NCBI GenBank assembly: GCA_964016885.1
Contig: OZ024745.1
Location: 64,418,001-64,482,000 of the forward strand
From: Eledone cirrhosa
Taxonomy: Eukaryota
Length of the DNA: 64,000 nt
Direction: 5' to 3'
Under the pieces are notes generated by a model, which saw only the letters and a program-made list of their open reading frames with translations, was not told where the DNA came from and ran no database searches. The number at the start of each line of letters is the position of its first letter. Position 1 is the stretch's first letter. Positions 25,831-40,700 of the stretch are shown here, one piece after another. The position numbers were made by a program, and so were the translations under genes.

Positions 25831-26394
25831 TATTTTGGGTGATCCATTTTTTATTAGGGGAATCCATTTTTTATTTGGGTGATCCATTTTTATTTGTAGA
25901 TCCATTTTTTAATTGGGGGATCCATTTTTTATTTAGTTGATCCATTTTTTAATTGGGTGATCCATTTTTTATTTGGGGGATCCATTTTTTATTTGGGGGA
26001 TCCATTTTTTATTTGGGGGATCCATTGTTTATTTGGGTGATCCATTTTTTATTTGGGTGATCCATTTTTTATTTGGGGGATTCATTTTTTATTTGGGTGA
26101 TCCATTTTTTATTTGGGTGATCCATTTTTTATTTGGGTGATCCATTTTTTATTTGTGGGATCCATTTTTTATTTGGGGGATCCATTTTTTATTTGGGTGA
26201 TCCATTTTTTAATTGGGTGATCCATTTTTTATTTGGGGGATCCATTTTTTATTTGGGTGATCCATTTTTTATTTGGGTGGTCCATTTTTTATTTGGGTGA
26301 TCCATTTTTTATTTGGGGGATCCATTTTTTATTTGGGTGATCCATTTTTTATTTGGGGATCCATTTTTTATTTGAGTGATCCATTTTTTATTTG

Positions 26395-28720
26395 GGTGAT
26401 CCATTTTTTATTTGGGTGATCCATTTTTTATTTGGGGGGTCCATTTTTTATTTGGGGGATCCATTTTTATTTGGGTGATCCATTTTTTATTTGGGGGATC
26501 CATTTTTTATTTGGGTGATCCATTTTTTATTTGGGTTGATCCCTTTTTTATTTGGGTGATCCATTTTTTATTTGGGTGATCCATTTTTTATTTGAGGGAT
26601 CCATTTTATATTTGGGTGATCCATTTTTTATTTGGGTGATCCATTTTTTATTTGGGGGATCCATTTTTTATTTTGGGTGATCCATTTTTTATTAGGGGGA
26701 TCCATTTTTTATTTGGGTGATCCATTTTTATTTGTAGATCCATTTTTTATTTGGGTGATCCGTTTTTTAATTGGGTGATCCATTTTTTATTTGGGGGATC
26801 TATTTTTTATTTGGGGGATCCATTATTTATTTGGGTGATCCATTTTTATTTGGGTGATCCATTTTTTATTTGGGTGATCCATTTTTTATTTGGGTGATCC
26901 ATTTTTTATTTGGGTGATCCATTTTTTAATTGGGTGATCCATTTTTATTTGGGTGATCCATTTTTTACTTGGGCGATGAATCTTTTATTTGGGTGATCCA
27001 TTTTTTGTTTTGCTGATTCATTTTTTATTTGGGTGATCCATTTTTTATTTGGTGGATCCATTTTTTATTTGGGTGATCCATTTTTTATTTGGGGGATCCA
27101 TTTTTTATTTGAGTGATCCATTTTTTATTTGGGTGATCCATTTTTTATTTGGGGGATCCAATTTTTATTTGGGTGATCCATTTTTTATTTGGGTGATCCA
27201 TTTTTTATTTGGGGGATCCATTTTTTATTTGGGGCATCCATTTTTTATTTGGGTGATCCATTTTTATTTGGAGATCCATTTTGTATTTGGGTGATCCATT
27301 TTTTAATTGGGTGATCCATTTTTTATTTGGGTGATCCATTTTTTATTTGGGGGATCCAATTTTTATTTGGGTGATCCATTTTTTATTTGGGTGATTCATT
27401 TTTTTTATTTGGCGGTACATTTTTTATTTGGGTGATCCATTTTTTATTTGGGTGATCCATTTTTTATTTGGGGGATCCAGTTTTTATTTGGGTCATCCAT
27501 TTTTTATTTGGGGTATCCATTTTTTATTTGGGGGATCCATTTTTTATTTTGGGTGATCCATTTTTTATTTGGGTGATCCATTTTTTATTTGGGGGGTCCA
27601 TTTTTTATTTGGGGGATCCATTTTTATTTGGGTGATCCATTTTTTATTTGGGGGATCCATTTTTTATTTGGGTGATCCATTTTTTATTTGGGTTGATCCC
27701 TTTTTTATTTGGGTGATCCATTTTTTATTTGGGTGATCCATTTTTTATTTGAGGGATCCATTTTATATTTGGGTGATCCATTTTTTATTTGGGTGATCCA
27801 TTTTTTATTTGGGGGATCCATTTTTTATTTTGGGTGATCCATTTTTTATTAGGGGGATCCATTTTTTATTTGGGTGATCCATTTTTATTTGTAGATCCAT
27901 TTTTTATTTGGGTGATCCATTTTTTAATTGGGTGATCCATTTTTTATTTGGGGGATCTATTTTTTATTTGGGGGATCCATTATTTATTTGGGTGATCCAT
28001 TTTTATTTGGGTGATCCATTTTTTATTTGGGTGATCCATTTTTTATTTGGGTGATCCATTTTTTATTTGGGTGATCCATTTTTTAATTGGGTGATCCATT
28101 TTTATTTGGGTGATCCATTTTTTACTTGGGCGATGAATCTTTTATTTGGGTGATCCATTTTTTGTTTTGCTGATTCATTTTTTATTTGGGTGATCCATTT
28201 TTTATTTGGTGGATCCATTTTTTATTTGGGTGATCCATTTTTTATTTGGGGGATCCATTTTTTATTTGAGTGATCCATTTTTTATTTGGGTGATCCATTT
28301 TTTATTTGGGGGATCCAATTTTTATTTGGGTGATCCATTTTTTATTTGGGTGATCCATTTTTTATTTGGGGGATCCATTTTTTATTTGGGGCATCCATTT
28401 TTTATTTGGGTGATCCATTTTTATTTGGAGATCCATTTTGTATTTGGGTGATCCATTTTTTAATTGGGTGATCCATTTTTTATTTGGGTGATCCATTTTT
28501 TATTTGGGGGATCCAATTTTTATTTGGGTGATCCATTTTTTATTTGGGTGATTCATTTTTTTTATTTGGCGGTACATTTTTTATTTGGGTGATCCATTTT
28601 TTATTTGGGTGATCCATTTTTTATTTGGGGGATCCAGTTTTTATTTGGGTCATCCATTTTTTATTTGGGGTATCCATTTTTTATTTGGGGGATCCATTTT
28701 TTATTTTGGGTGATCCATTT
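26395..28720. repeat. 1,157-bp tandem higher-order duplication
   Basis: Rare variants recur at exactly +1,157: ggggggtcc 26434/27591, cgatgaatct 26974/28131, ggcggtaca 27411/28568. Identical ORF-track entries at 27049/28206. Confidence 0.92.
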
Positions 28721-31700
28721 TTTATTAGGGGGATCCATTTTTTATTTGGGTGATCCATTTTTATTTGTAGATCCATTTTTTATTTGGGTGATCCATTTTT
28801 TAATTGGATGATCCATTTTTTATTTGGGAGATCCATTTTTTATTTGGGGGATCCATTATTTATTTGGGTGATCCATTTTTTATTTGGGTGATCCATTTTT
28901 TATTTGGGGGATCCATTTTTTATTTGGGTGATCCATTTTTTATTTGGGTGATCCATTTTTTAATTGGGGGATCCATTTTTTATTTAGTTGATCCATTTTT
29001 TAATTGGGTGATCCATTTTTTATTTGGGGGATCCATTTTTTATTTGGGGGATCCATTGTTTATTTGGGTGATCCATTGTTTATTTGGGTGATCCATTTTT
29101 TATTTGGGTGATCCATTTTTTATTTGGGGGATCCATTTTTTATTTGGGGGATCCATTTTTTATTTGGGTGATCCATTTTTTATTTGGGTGATCCATTTTT
29201 TATTTGTGGGATCCATTTTTTATTTGGGGGATCCATTTTTTATTTGGGGGATCCTTTTTTTATTTGGGTGATCCATTTTTTATTTGGGTGATCCATTTTT
29301 TATTTGGGGGATCCATTTTTTATTTGGGTGATCCATTTTTTATTTGGGTGATCCATTTTTTATTTGGGGGATCCATTTTTTATTTGGGTGATCCATTTTT
29401 TATTTGGGGGATCCATTTTTTATTTGGGGGATCCATTTTTTATTTGGGTGATACATTTTTTATTTGGGTGATCCATTTTTTATTTGGGTGATACATTTTT
29501 AATTTGGGTGATCCATTTTTTATTTGGGGGATCCATTTTTTATTTGGGTGATCCATTTTTTATTTGGGGGATCCATTTTTTATTTGGGTGATCCATTTTT
29601 TATTTGGGTGATCCATTTTTTAATTGGGTGATCCATTTTTTATTTGGGGGATCCATTTTTTATTTGGGTGATCCATTTTTTATTTGGGTGGTCCATTTTT
29701 TATTTGGGTGATCCATTTTTTATTTGGGGGATCCATTATTTATTTGGGTGATCCATTTTTTATTTGGGGATCCATTTTTTATTTGGGTGATCCATTTTTT
29801 ATTTGGGTGATCCATTTTTTATTTGGGGGATCCATTTTTTATTTGGGTGATCCATTTTTTATTTGGGGGGTCCATTTTTTATTTGGGGGATCCATTTTTA
29901 TTTGGGTGATCCATTTTTTATTTGGGGGATCCATTTTTTATTTGGGTGATCCATTTTTTATTTGGGTTGATCCCTTTTTTATTTGGGGGATCCATTTTTT
30001 ATTTGGGTGATCCATTTTTTATTTGGGGGATCCATTTTTTATTTGGGGGATCCATTTCTTATTTGGGTGATCCATTTTTTATTAGGGGGATCCATTTTTT
30101 ATTTGGGTGATCCATTTTTATTTGGAGATCCATTTTTTATTTAGGTGATCTATTTTATAATTGGGCGATCCATTTTTTATTTGGGGGATCCATTTTTTAT
30201 TTGGGGGATCCATTTTTTATTTGGGTGATCCATTTTTTATTTGGGGGATCCATTTTTTATTTGGGTGATCCATTTTTTATTTGGGGGATTCATTTTTTAT
30301 TTCGGGGATCCATTTTTTATTTGGGTGATTCATTTTTTATTTGGGGGATCCATTTTTTTTATTTGGGGGTCCATTTTTTATTTGGATGATCCATTTTTTA
30401 TTTGGGTGATCCATTTTTTATTTGGGGGATCCATTTTTTATTTGGGTCATCCATTTTTTATTTGGGGAACCATTTTTTAATTGGGGATCCATTTTTTATT
30501 TAGTTGATCCATTTTTTAATTGGGGGATCCATTTTTTATTTGGGTGATCCATTTTTTATTTGGGTATTCCATTTTTTATTTGTGGGATCCATTTTTTATT
30601 TGGGGGATCCATTTTTTATTTGGGGGATCCAATTTTATTTGGGTGATCCATTTTTTATTTGGGTGATCCATTTTTTATTTGGGGTATCCAATTTTTATTT
30701 GGGTGATCCATTTTTTATTTGGGTGATACATTTTTTATTTGGGGGATCCATTTTTTATTTGGGTGATCCATTTTTTATTTGTGGAATCCATTTTTTATTT
30801 GGGGGATCCATTTTTTATTTGGGTGATCCATTTTTTATTTGGGTGATCCATTTTTTATTTGGGGGATCCATTTTTAATTTGGGTGATCCATTTTTTATTT
30901 GGGGGGTCCATTTTTTATTTGGGTGATCCATTTTTTATTTGGGGGATCCATTTTTTAATTGGGTGATCTATTTTTTATTTGGGGGATCCATTTTTTATTT
31001 GGGTGATCCATTTTTTATTTGGGGGATCCATTTTTTATTTGGGTGATCCATATTTTATTTGGGTGATCCATTTTTTATTTGGGGGATCCTTTTTTTATTT
31101 GGGTGATCCATTTTTTATTTGGGGGATTCATTTTTTATTTGGGTGATCCATATTTTATTTGGGTGATCCATTTTTTATTTGGGGGATCCATTTTTTATTT
31201 GGGTGATCCATTATTTATTTGCGGGATCCATTTTTTATTTGGGGGATCCATTTTTTATTTGGGTGATCCATTTTTTATTTCGGGGATCCATTTTTTATTT
31301 GGGTGATCCATTTTTTATTTGTGGGATCCATTTTTTATTTGGGGGATCCATTTTTTATTTGGAGGATCCATTTTTTATTTGGGTGATCCATTTTTTATTT
31401 GGGTGATCCATTTATTATTTGGGGGATCCATTTTTTATTTGGGGGCAGAATTTTTATTTGGGTGATCCATTTTCTATTTGGGTGATCCATTTTTTATTTG
31501 GGTGATCCATTTTTTATTTGGGGGATCCATTTTTTATTTGGGGGCAGAATTTTTATTTGGGTGATCCACTTTCTATTTGGGTGATCCATTTTTTATTTGG
31601 GGGATCCATTTTTTATTTGGGGGATCCTTTTTTATTTGGGTGATCCATTTTTTATTTGGGGGATCCATTTTTTATTTGGGTGATCCATTTTTTATTTGTG

Positions 31701-34700
31701 GGATCCATTTTTTATTTGGGGGATCCATTTTTTATTTGGGGGATCCATTTTTTATTTGGGTGATCCATTTTTTATTTGGAGGATCCATTTTTTATTTGGG
31801 TGATCCATTTTTTATTTGGGTGATCCATTTTTTATTTGGGGGATCCATTTATTATTTGGGGGATCCATTTTTTATTTGGGTGATCCATTCTTTATTTGGG
31901 TGATCCATTTTTTATTTGGGGGATCCATTTTTTATTTTGGGTGATCCATTTTTTATTAGGGGGATCCATTTTTTATTTGGGTGATCCATTTTTATTTGTA
32001 GATCCATTTTTTATTTGGGTGATCCATTTTTTAATTGGATGATCCATTTTTTATTTGGGGGATCCATTTTTTATTTGGGGGATCCATTATTTATTCGGGT
32101 GATCCATTTTTTATTTGGGTGATCCATTTTTTATTTGGGGGATCCATTTTTTATTTGGGTGATCCATTTTTTATTTGGGTGATCCATTTTTTAATTGGGG
32201 GATCCATTTTTTATTTAGTTGATCCATTTTTTAATTGGGTGATCCATTTTTTATTTGGGGGATCCATTTTTTATTTGGGGGATCCATTGTTTATTTGGGT
32301 GATCCATTGTTTATTTGGGTGATCCATTTTTTATTTGGGTGATCCATTTTTTATTTGGGGGATCCATTTTTTATTTGGGGGATCCATTTTTTATTTGGGT
32401 GATCCATTTTTTATTTGGGTGATCCATTTTTTATTTGTGGGATCCATTTTTTATTTGGGGGATCCATTTTTTATTTGGGGGATCCTTTTTTTATTTGGGT
32501 GATCCATTTTTTATTTGGGTGATCCATTTTTTATTTGGGGGATCCATTTTTTATTTGGGTGATCCATTTTTTATTTGGGTGATCCATTTTTTATTTGGGG
32601 GATCCATTTTTTATTTGGGTGATCCATTTTTTATTTGGGGGATCCATTTTTTATTTGGGGGATCCATTTTTTATTTGGGTGATACATTTTTTATTTGGGT
32701 GATCCATTTTTTATTTGGGTGATACATTTTTAATTTGGGTGATCCATTTTTTATTTGGGGGATCCATTTTTTATTTGGGTGATCCATTTTTTATTTGGGG
32801 GATCCATTTTTTATTTGGGTGATCCATTTTTTATTTGGGTGATCCATTTTTTAATTGGGTGATCCATTTTTTATTTGGGGGATCCATTTTTTATTTGGGT
32901 GATCCATTTTTTATTTGGGTGGTCCATTTTTTATTTGGGTGATCCATTTTTTATTTGGGGGATCCATTATTTATTTGGGTGATCCATTTTTTATTTGGGG
33001 ATCCATTTTTTATTTGGGTGATCCATTTTTTATTTGGGTGATCCATTTTTTATTTGGGGGATCCATTTTTTATTTGGGTGATCCATTTTTTATTTGGGGG
33101 GTCCATTTTTTATTTGGGGGATCCATTTTTATTTGGGTGATCCATTTTTTATTTGGGGGATCCATTTTTTATTTGGGTGATCCATTTTTTATTTGGGTTG
33201 ATCCCTTTTTTATTTGGGGGATCCATTTTTTATTTGGGTGATCCATTTTTTATTTGGGGGATCCATTTTTTATTTCGGGGATCCATTTTTTATTTGGGTG
33301 ATTCATTTTTTATTTGGGGGATTCATTTTTTATTTGGGTGATCCATTTTTTTTATTTGGGGGTCCATTTTTTATTTGGGTGATCCATTTTTTATTTGGGT
33401 GATCCATTTTTTATTTGGGGGATCCATTTTTTATTTGGGTCATCCATTTTTTATTTGGGGAACCATTTTTTATTTGGGGGATCCATTTTTTATTTTGGGT
33501 GATCTATTTTTTATTAGGGGGATCCATTTTTTATTTGGGTGATCCATTTTTATTTGTAGATCCATTTTTTAATTGGGGGATCCATTTTTTATTTAGTTGA
33601 TCCATTTTTTAATTGGGTGATCCATTTTTTATTTGGGTGATCCATTTTTTATTTGGGTATTCCATTTTTTATTTGTGGGATCCATTTTTTATTTGGGTGA
33701 TCCATTTTTTATTTGGGGGATCCAGTTTTTATTTGGGTCATCCATTTTTTATTTGGGGTATCCATTTTTTATTTGAGGGATCCATTTTTTATTTTGGGTG
33801 ATCCATTTTTTATTAGGGGGATCCATTTTTTATTTGGGTGATCCATTTTTATTTGTAGATCCATTTTTTATTTGGGTGATCCATTTTTTAATTGGATGAT
33901 CCATTTTTTATTTGGGGGATCCATTTTTTATTTGGGGGATCCATTATTTATTTGGGTGATCCATTTTTTATTTGGGTGATCCATTTTTTATTTGGGGGAT
34001 CCATTTTTTATTTGGGTGATCCATTTTTTATTTGGGTGATCCATTTTTTAATTGGGGGATCCATTTTTAATTTAGTTGATCCATTTTTTAATTGGGTGAT
34101 CCATTTTTTATTTGGGGGATCCATTTTTTATTTGGGGGATCCATTGTTTATTTGGGTGATTCATTGTTTATTTGGGTGATCCATTTTTTATTTGGGTGAT
34201 CCATTTTTTATTTGGGGGATCCATTTTTTATTTGGGGGATCCATTTTTTATTTGGGTGATCCATTTTTTATTTGGGTGATCCATTTTTTATTTGTGGGAT
34301 CCATTTTTTATTTGGGGGATCCATTTTTTATTTGGGGGATCCTTTTTTTATTTGGGTGATCCATTTTTTATTTGGGTGATCCATTTTTTATTTGGGGGAT
34401 CCATTATTTATTTGGGTGATCCATTTTTTATTTGGGTGATCCATTTTTTATTTGGGGGATCCATTTTTTATTTGGGGGATCCATTATTTATTTGGGTGAT
34501 CCATTTTTTATTTGGGGGATCCATTTCTTATTTGGGTGATCCATTTTTTATTAGGGGGATCCATTTTTTATTTGGGTGATCCATTTTTATTTGGAGATCC
34601 ATTTTTTATTTAGGTGATCTATTTTATAATTGGGCGATCCATTTTTTATTTGGGGGATCCATTTTTTATTTGGGGGATCCATTATTTATTTGGGTGATCC

Positions 34701-37700
34701 ATTTTTTATTTGGGTGATCCATTTTTTATTTGGGTGATCCATTTTTTATTTGGGTGATCCATTTTTTATTTGGGTGATCCATTTTTTATTTGGGGGATCC
34801 ATTTTTTATTTGGGTGATCCATTTTTTATTTGGGTGATCCATTTTTTATTTGAGGGATCCATTTTATATTTGGGTGATCCATTTTTTATTTGGGTGATCC
34901 ATTTTTTATTTGGGGGATCCATTTTTTATTTGGGGGATCCATTTTTTATTTGGGGGATCCATTTTTTATTTGGGTGATCCATTTTTTATTTGGGGGATCC
35001 ATTTTTTATTTGGGTGATACATTTTTTATTTGGGGGATCCATTTTTTATTTCGGGGATCCATTTTTTATTTGGGTGATTCATTTTTTATTTGGGGGATCC
35101 ATTTTTTTTATTTGGGGGTCCATTTTTTATTTGGATGATCCATTTTTTATTTGGGTGATCCATTTTTTATTTGGGGGATCCATTTTTTATTTGGGTCATC
35201 CATTTTTTATTTGGGGAACCATTTTTTATTTGGGGGATCCATTTTTTATTTTGGGTGATCTATTTTTTATTAGGGGGATCCATTTTTTATTTGGGTGATC
35301 CATTTTTATTTGTAGATCCATTTTTTAATTGGGGGATCCATTTTTTATTTAGTTGATCCATTTTTTAATTGGGGGATCCATTTTTTATTTGGGTGATCCA
35401 TTTTTTATTTGGGTATTCCATTTTTTATTTGTGGGATCCATTTTTTATTTGGGGGATCCATTTTTTATTTGGGGGATCCAATTTTATTTGGGTGATCCAT
35501 TTTTTATTTGGGTGATCCATTTTTTATTTGGGGTATCCAATTTTTATTTGGGTGATCCATTTTTTATTTGGGTGATACATTTTTTATTTGGGGGATCCAT
35601 TTTTTATTTGGGTGATCCATTTTTTATTTGTGGAATCCATTTTTTATTTGGGGGATCCATTTTTTATTTGGGTGATCCATTTTTTATTTGGGTGATCCAT
35701 TTTTTATTTGGGGGATCCATTTTTTATTTGGGGGGTCCATTTTTTATTTGGGTGATCCATTTTTTATTTGGGGGATCCATTTTTTAATTGGGTGATCCAT
35801 TTTTTATTTGGGGGATCCATTTTTTATTTGGGTGATCCATTTTTTATTTGGGGGATCCATTTTTTATTTGGGTGATCCATATTTTATTTCGGTGATCCAT
35901 TTTTTATTTGGGGGATCCTTTTTTTATTTGGGTGATCCATTTTTTATTTGGGGGATTCATTTTTTATTTGGGTGATCCATATTTTATTTGGGTGATCCAT
36001 TTTTTATTTGGGGGATCCATTTTTTATTTGGGTGATCCATTATTTATTTGCGGGATCCATTTTTTATTTGGGGGATCCATTTTTTATTTGGGTGATCCAT
36101 TTTTTATTTCGGGGATCCATTTTTTATTTGGGTGATCCATTTTTTATTTGTGGGATCCATTTTTTATTTGGGGGATCCATTTTTTATTTGGAGGATCCAT
36201 TTTTTATTTGGGTGATCCATTTTTTATTTGGGTGATCCATTTATTATTTGGGGGATCCATTTTTTATTTGGGGGCAGAATTTTTATTTGGGTGATCCATT
36301 TTCTATTTGGGTGATCCATTTTTTATTTGGGTGATCCATTTTTTATTTGGGGGATCCATTTTTTATTTGGGGGCAGAATTTTTATTTGGGTGATCCACTT
36401 TCTATTTGGGTGATCCATTTTTTATTTGGGGGATCCATTTTTTATTTGGGGGATCCTTTTTTATTTGGGTGATCCATTTTTTATTTGGGGGATCCATTTT
36501 TTATTTGGGTGATCCATTTTTTATTTGTGGGATCCATTTTTTATTTGGGGGATCCATTTTTTATTTGGGGGATCCATTTTTTATTTGGGTGATCCATTTT
36601 TTATTTGGGGGATCCATTTTTTATTTGGGTGATCCATTTTTTATTTGGGTGATCCATTTTTTATTTGGGGGATCCATTTATTATTTGGGGGATCCATTTT
36701 TTATTTGGGTGATCCATTCTTTATTTGGGTGATCCATTTTTTATTTGGGGGATCCATTTTTTATTTTGGGTGATCCATTTTTTATTAGGGGGATCCATTT
36801 TTTATTTGGGTGATCCATTTTTATTTGTAGATCCATTTTTTATTTGGGTGATCCATTTTTTAATTGGATGATCCATTTTTTATTTGGGGGATCCATTTTT
36901 TATTTGGGGGATCCATTATTTATTCGGGTGATCCATTTTTTATTTGGGTGATCCATTTTTTATTTGGGGGATCCATTTTTTATTTGGGTGATCCATTTTT
37001 TATTTGGGTGATCCATTTTTTAATTGGGGGATCCATTTTTCATTTAGTTGATCCATTTTTTAATTGGGTGATCCATTTTTTATTTGGGGGATCCATTTTT
37101 TATTTGGGGGATCCATTGTTTATTTGGGTGATCCATTGTTTATTTGGGTGATCCATTTTTTATTTGGGTGATCCATTTTTTATTTGGGGGATCCATTTTT
37201 TATTTGGGGGATCCATTTTTTATTTGGGTGATCCATTTTTTATTTGGGTGATCCATTTTTTATTTGTGGGATCCATTTTTTATTTGGGGGATCCATTTTT
37301 TATTTGGGGGATCCTTTTTTTATTTGGGTGATCCATTTTTTATTTGGGTGATCCATTTTTTATTTGGGGGATCCATTTTTTATTTGGGTGATCCATTTTT
37401 TATTTGGGTGATCCATTTTTTATTTGGGGGATCCATTTTTTATTTGGGTGATCCATTTTTTATTTGGGGGATCCATTTTTTATTTGGGGGATCCATTTTT
37501 TATTTGGGTGATACATTTTTTATTTGGGTGATCCATTTTTTATTTGGGTGATACATTTTTAATTTGGGTGATCCATTTTTTATTTGGGGGATCCATTTTT
37601 TATTTGGGTGATCCATTTTTTATTTGGGGGATCCATTTTTTATTTGGGTGATCCATTTTTTATTTGGGTGATCCATTTTTTAATTGGGTGATCCATTTTT

Positions 37701-40700
37701 TATTTGGGGGATCCATTTTTTATTTGGGTGATCCATTTTTTATTTGGGTGGTCCATTTTTTATTTGGGTGATCCATTTTTTATTTGGGGGATCCATTATT
37801 TATTTGGGTGATCCATTTTTTATTTGGGGATCCATTTTTTATTTGGGTGATCCATTTTTTATTTGGGTGATCCATTTTTTATTTGGGGGATCCATTTTTT
37901 ATTTGGGTGATCCATTTTTTATTTGGGGGGTCCATTTTTTATTTGGAGGATCCATTTTTATTTGGGTGATCCATTTTTTATTTGGGGGATCCATTTTTTA
38001 TTTGGGTGATCCATTTTTTATTTGGGGGATCCAATTTTTATTTGGGTGATCCATTTTTTATTTGGGTGATCCATTTTTTATTTGGGTGATCCATTTTTTA
38101 TTTGGGGGATCCAATTTTTATTTGGGTGATCCATTTTTTATTTGGGTGATCCATTTTTTATTTGTGGGATCCATTTTTTATTTGGGGCATCCATTTTTTA
38201 TTTGGGTGATCCATTTTTTATTTGGGGGATCCAATTTTTATTTGGGTGATCCATTTTTTATTTGGGTGATCCATTTTTTATTTGGGTGATCCATTTTTTA
38301 TTTGGGGGATCCAATTTTTATTTGGGTGATCCATTTTTTATTTGGGTGATCCATTTTTTATTTGTGGGATCCATTTTTTATTTGGGGCATCCATTTTTTA
38401 TTTGGGTGATCCATTTTTATTTGGAGATCCATTTTGTACTTGGGTGATCCATTTGTTAATTGGGTGATCCATTTTTTATTTGGGTGATCCATTTTTTATT
38501 TGGGGGATTCATTTTTTATTTGGGTGATCCATTTTTTATTTGGGTGGTCCATTTTTTATTTGGGTGATCCATTTTTTATTTGGGGGATCCATTTTTTATT
38601 TGGGTGATCCATTTTTTATTTGGGGATCCATTTTTTATATGGGGGATCCATTCTTTATTTGGGTGATCCATTTATTATTTGGGTGATCCATTTTTTATTT
38701 GGGGATCCATTTTTTATTTGGGGGATTCATTTTTTATTTGGGTGATCCATTTTTTATTAGGGGGATCCATTTTTTATTTGGGTGATCCATTTTTATTTGG
38801 AGATCCATTTTTTATTTAGGTGATCCATTTTATAATTGGGTGATCCATTTTTTATTTGGGGGATCCATTTTTTATTTGGGGGATCCATTATTTATTTGGG
38901 TGATCCATTTTTTATTTGGGTGATCCATTTTTTATTTGGGTGATCCATTTTTTATTTGGGTGATCCATTTTTTATTTGGGTGATCCATTTTTTATTTGGG
39001 GGATCCATTTTTTATTTGGGTGATCCATTTTTTATTTGGGGGATCCATTTTTTATTTGGGTGATCCATTTTTTATTTGGGGAATCCATTTTTTATTTCGG
39101 GGATCCATTTTTTATTTGGGTGATTCATTTTTTATTTGGGGGATTCATTTTTTATTTGGGTGATCCATTTTTTTTATTTGGGGGTCCATTTTTTATTTGG
39201 GTGATCCATTTTTTATTTGGGTGATCCATTTTTTATTTGGGGGATCCATTTTTTATTTGGGTCATCCATTTTTTATTTGGGGAACCATTTTTTATTTGGG
39301 GGATCCATTTTTTATTTTGGGTGATCTATTTTTTATTAGGGGGATCCATTTTTTATTTGGGTGATCCATTTTTATTTGTAGATCCATTTTTTAATTGGGG
39401 GATCCATTTTTTATTTAGTTGATCCATTTTTTAATTGGGTGATCCATTTTTTATTTGGGTGATCCATTTTTTATTTGGGTATTCCATTTTTTATTTGTGG
39501 GATCCATTTTTTATTTGGGTGATCCATTTTTTATTTGGGGGATCCAGTTTTTATTTGGGTCATCCATTTTTTATTTGGGGTATCCATTTTTTATTTGAGG
39601 GATCCATTTTTTATTTTGGGTGATCCATTTTTTATTAGGGGGATCCATTTTTTATTTGGGTGATCCATTTTTATTTGTAGATCCATTTTTTATTTGGGTG
39701 ATCCATTTTTTAATTGGATGATCCATTTTTTATTTGGGGGATCCATTTTTTATTTGGGGGATCCATTATTTATTTGGGTGATCCATTTTTTATTTGGGTG
39801 ATCCATTTTTTATTTGGGGGATCCATTTTTTATTTGGGTGATCCATTTTTTATTTGGGTGATCCATTTTTTAATTGGGGGATCCATTTTTAATTTAGTTG
39901 ATCCATTTTTTAATTGGGTGATCCATTTTTTATTTGGGGGATCCATTTTTTATTTGGGGGATCCATTGTTTATTTGGGTGATTCATTGTTTATTTGGGTG
40001 ATCCATTTTTTATTTGGGTGATCCATTTTTTATTTGGGGGATCCATTTTTTATTTGGGGGATCCATTTTTTATTTGGGTGATCCATTTTTTATTTGGGTG
40101 ATCCATTTTTTATTTGTGGGATCCATTTTTTATTTGGGTGATCCATTTTTTATTTGGGGGATCCTTTTTTTATTTGGGTGATCCATTTTTTATTTGGGTG
40201 ATCCATTTTTTATTTGGGGGATCCATTTTTTATTTGGGTGATCCATTTTTTATTTGGGTGATCCATTTTTTATTTGAGGGATCCATTTTATATTTGGGTG
40301 ATCCATTTTTTATTTGGGTGATCCATTTTTTATTTGGGGGATCCATTTTTTATTTGGGGGATCCATTTTTTATTTGGGGGATCCATTTTTTATTTGGGTG
40401 ATCCATTTTTTATTTGGGGGATCCATTTTTTATTTGGGTGATCCATTTTTTATTTGGGGGATCCATTTTTTATTTCGGGGATCCATTTTTTATTTGGGTG
40501 ATTCATTTTTTATTTGGGGGATCCATTTTTTTTATTTGGGGGTCCATTTTTTATTTGGATGATCCATTTTTTATTTGGGTGATCCATTTTTTATTTGGGG
40601 GATCCATTTTTTATTTGGGTCATCCATTTTTTATTTGGGGAACCATTTTTTATTTGGGGGATCCATTTTTTATTTTGGGTGATCTATTTTTTATTAGGGG

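Noticed and set aside
212-25905. Long minus-strand ORFs up to 564 aa rich in F, G, W, P and Y (e.g. 10607-12301, 8485-9894, 20956-22383)
   Set aside because: They are translations of the repeat. The T-rich strand of family B has almost no stop codons, so all three frames are open at once with the same cyclic peptide and frameshift at every indel. There is no domain structure, and ORF strand simply follows satellite orientation.
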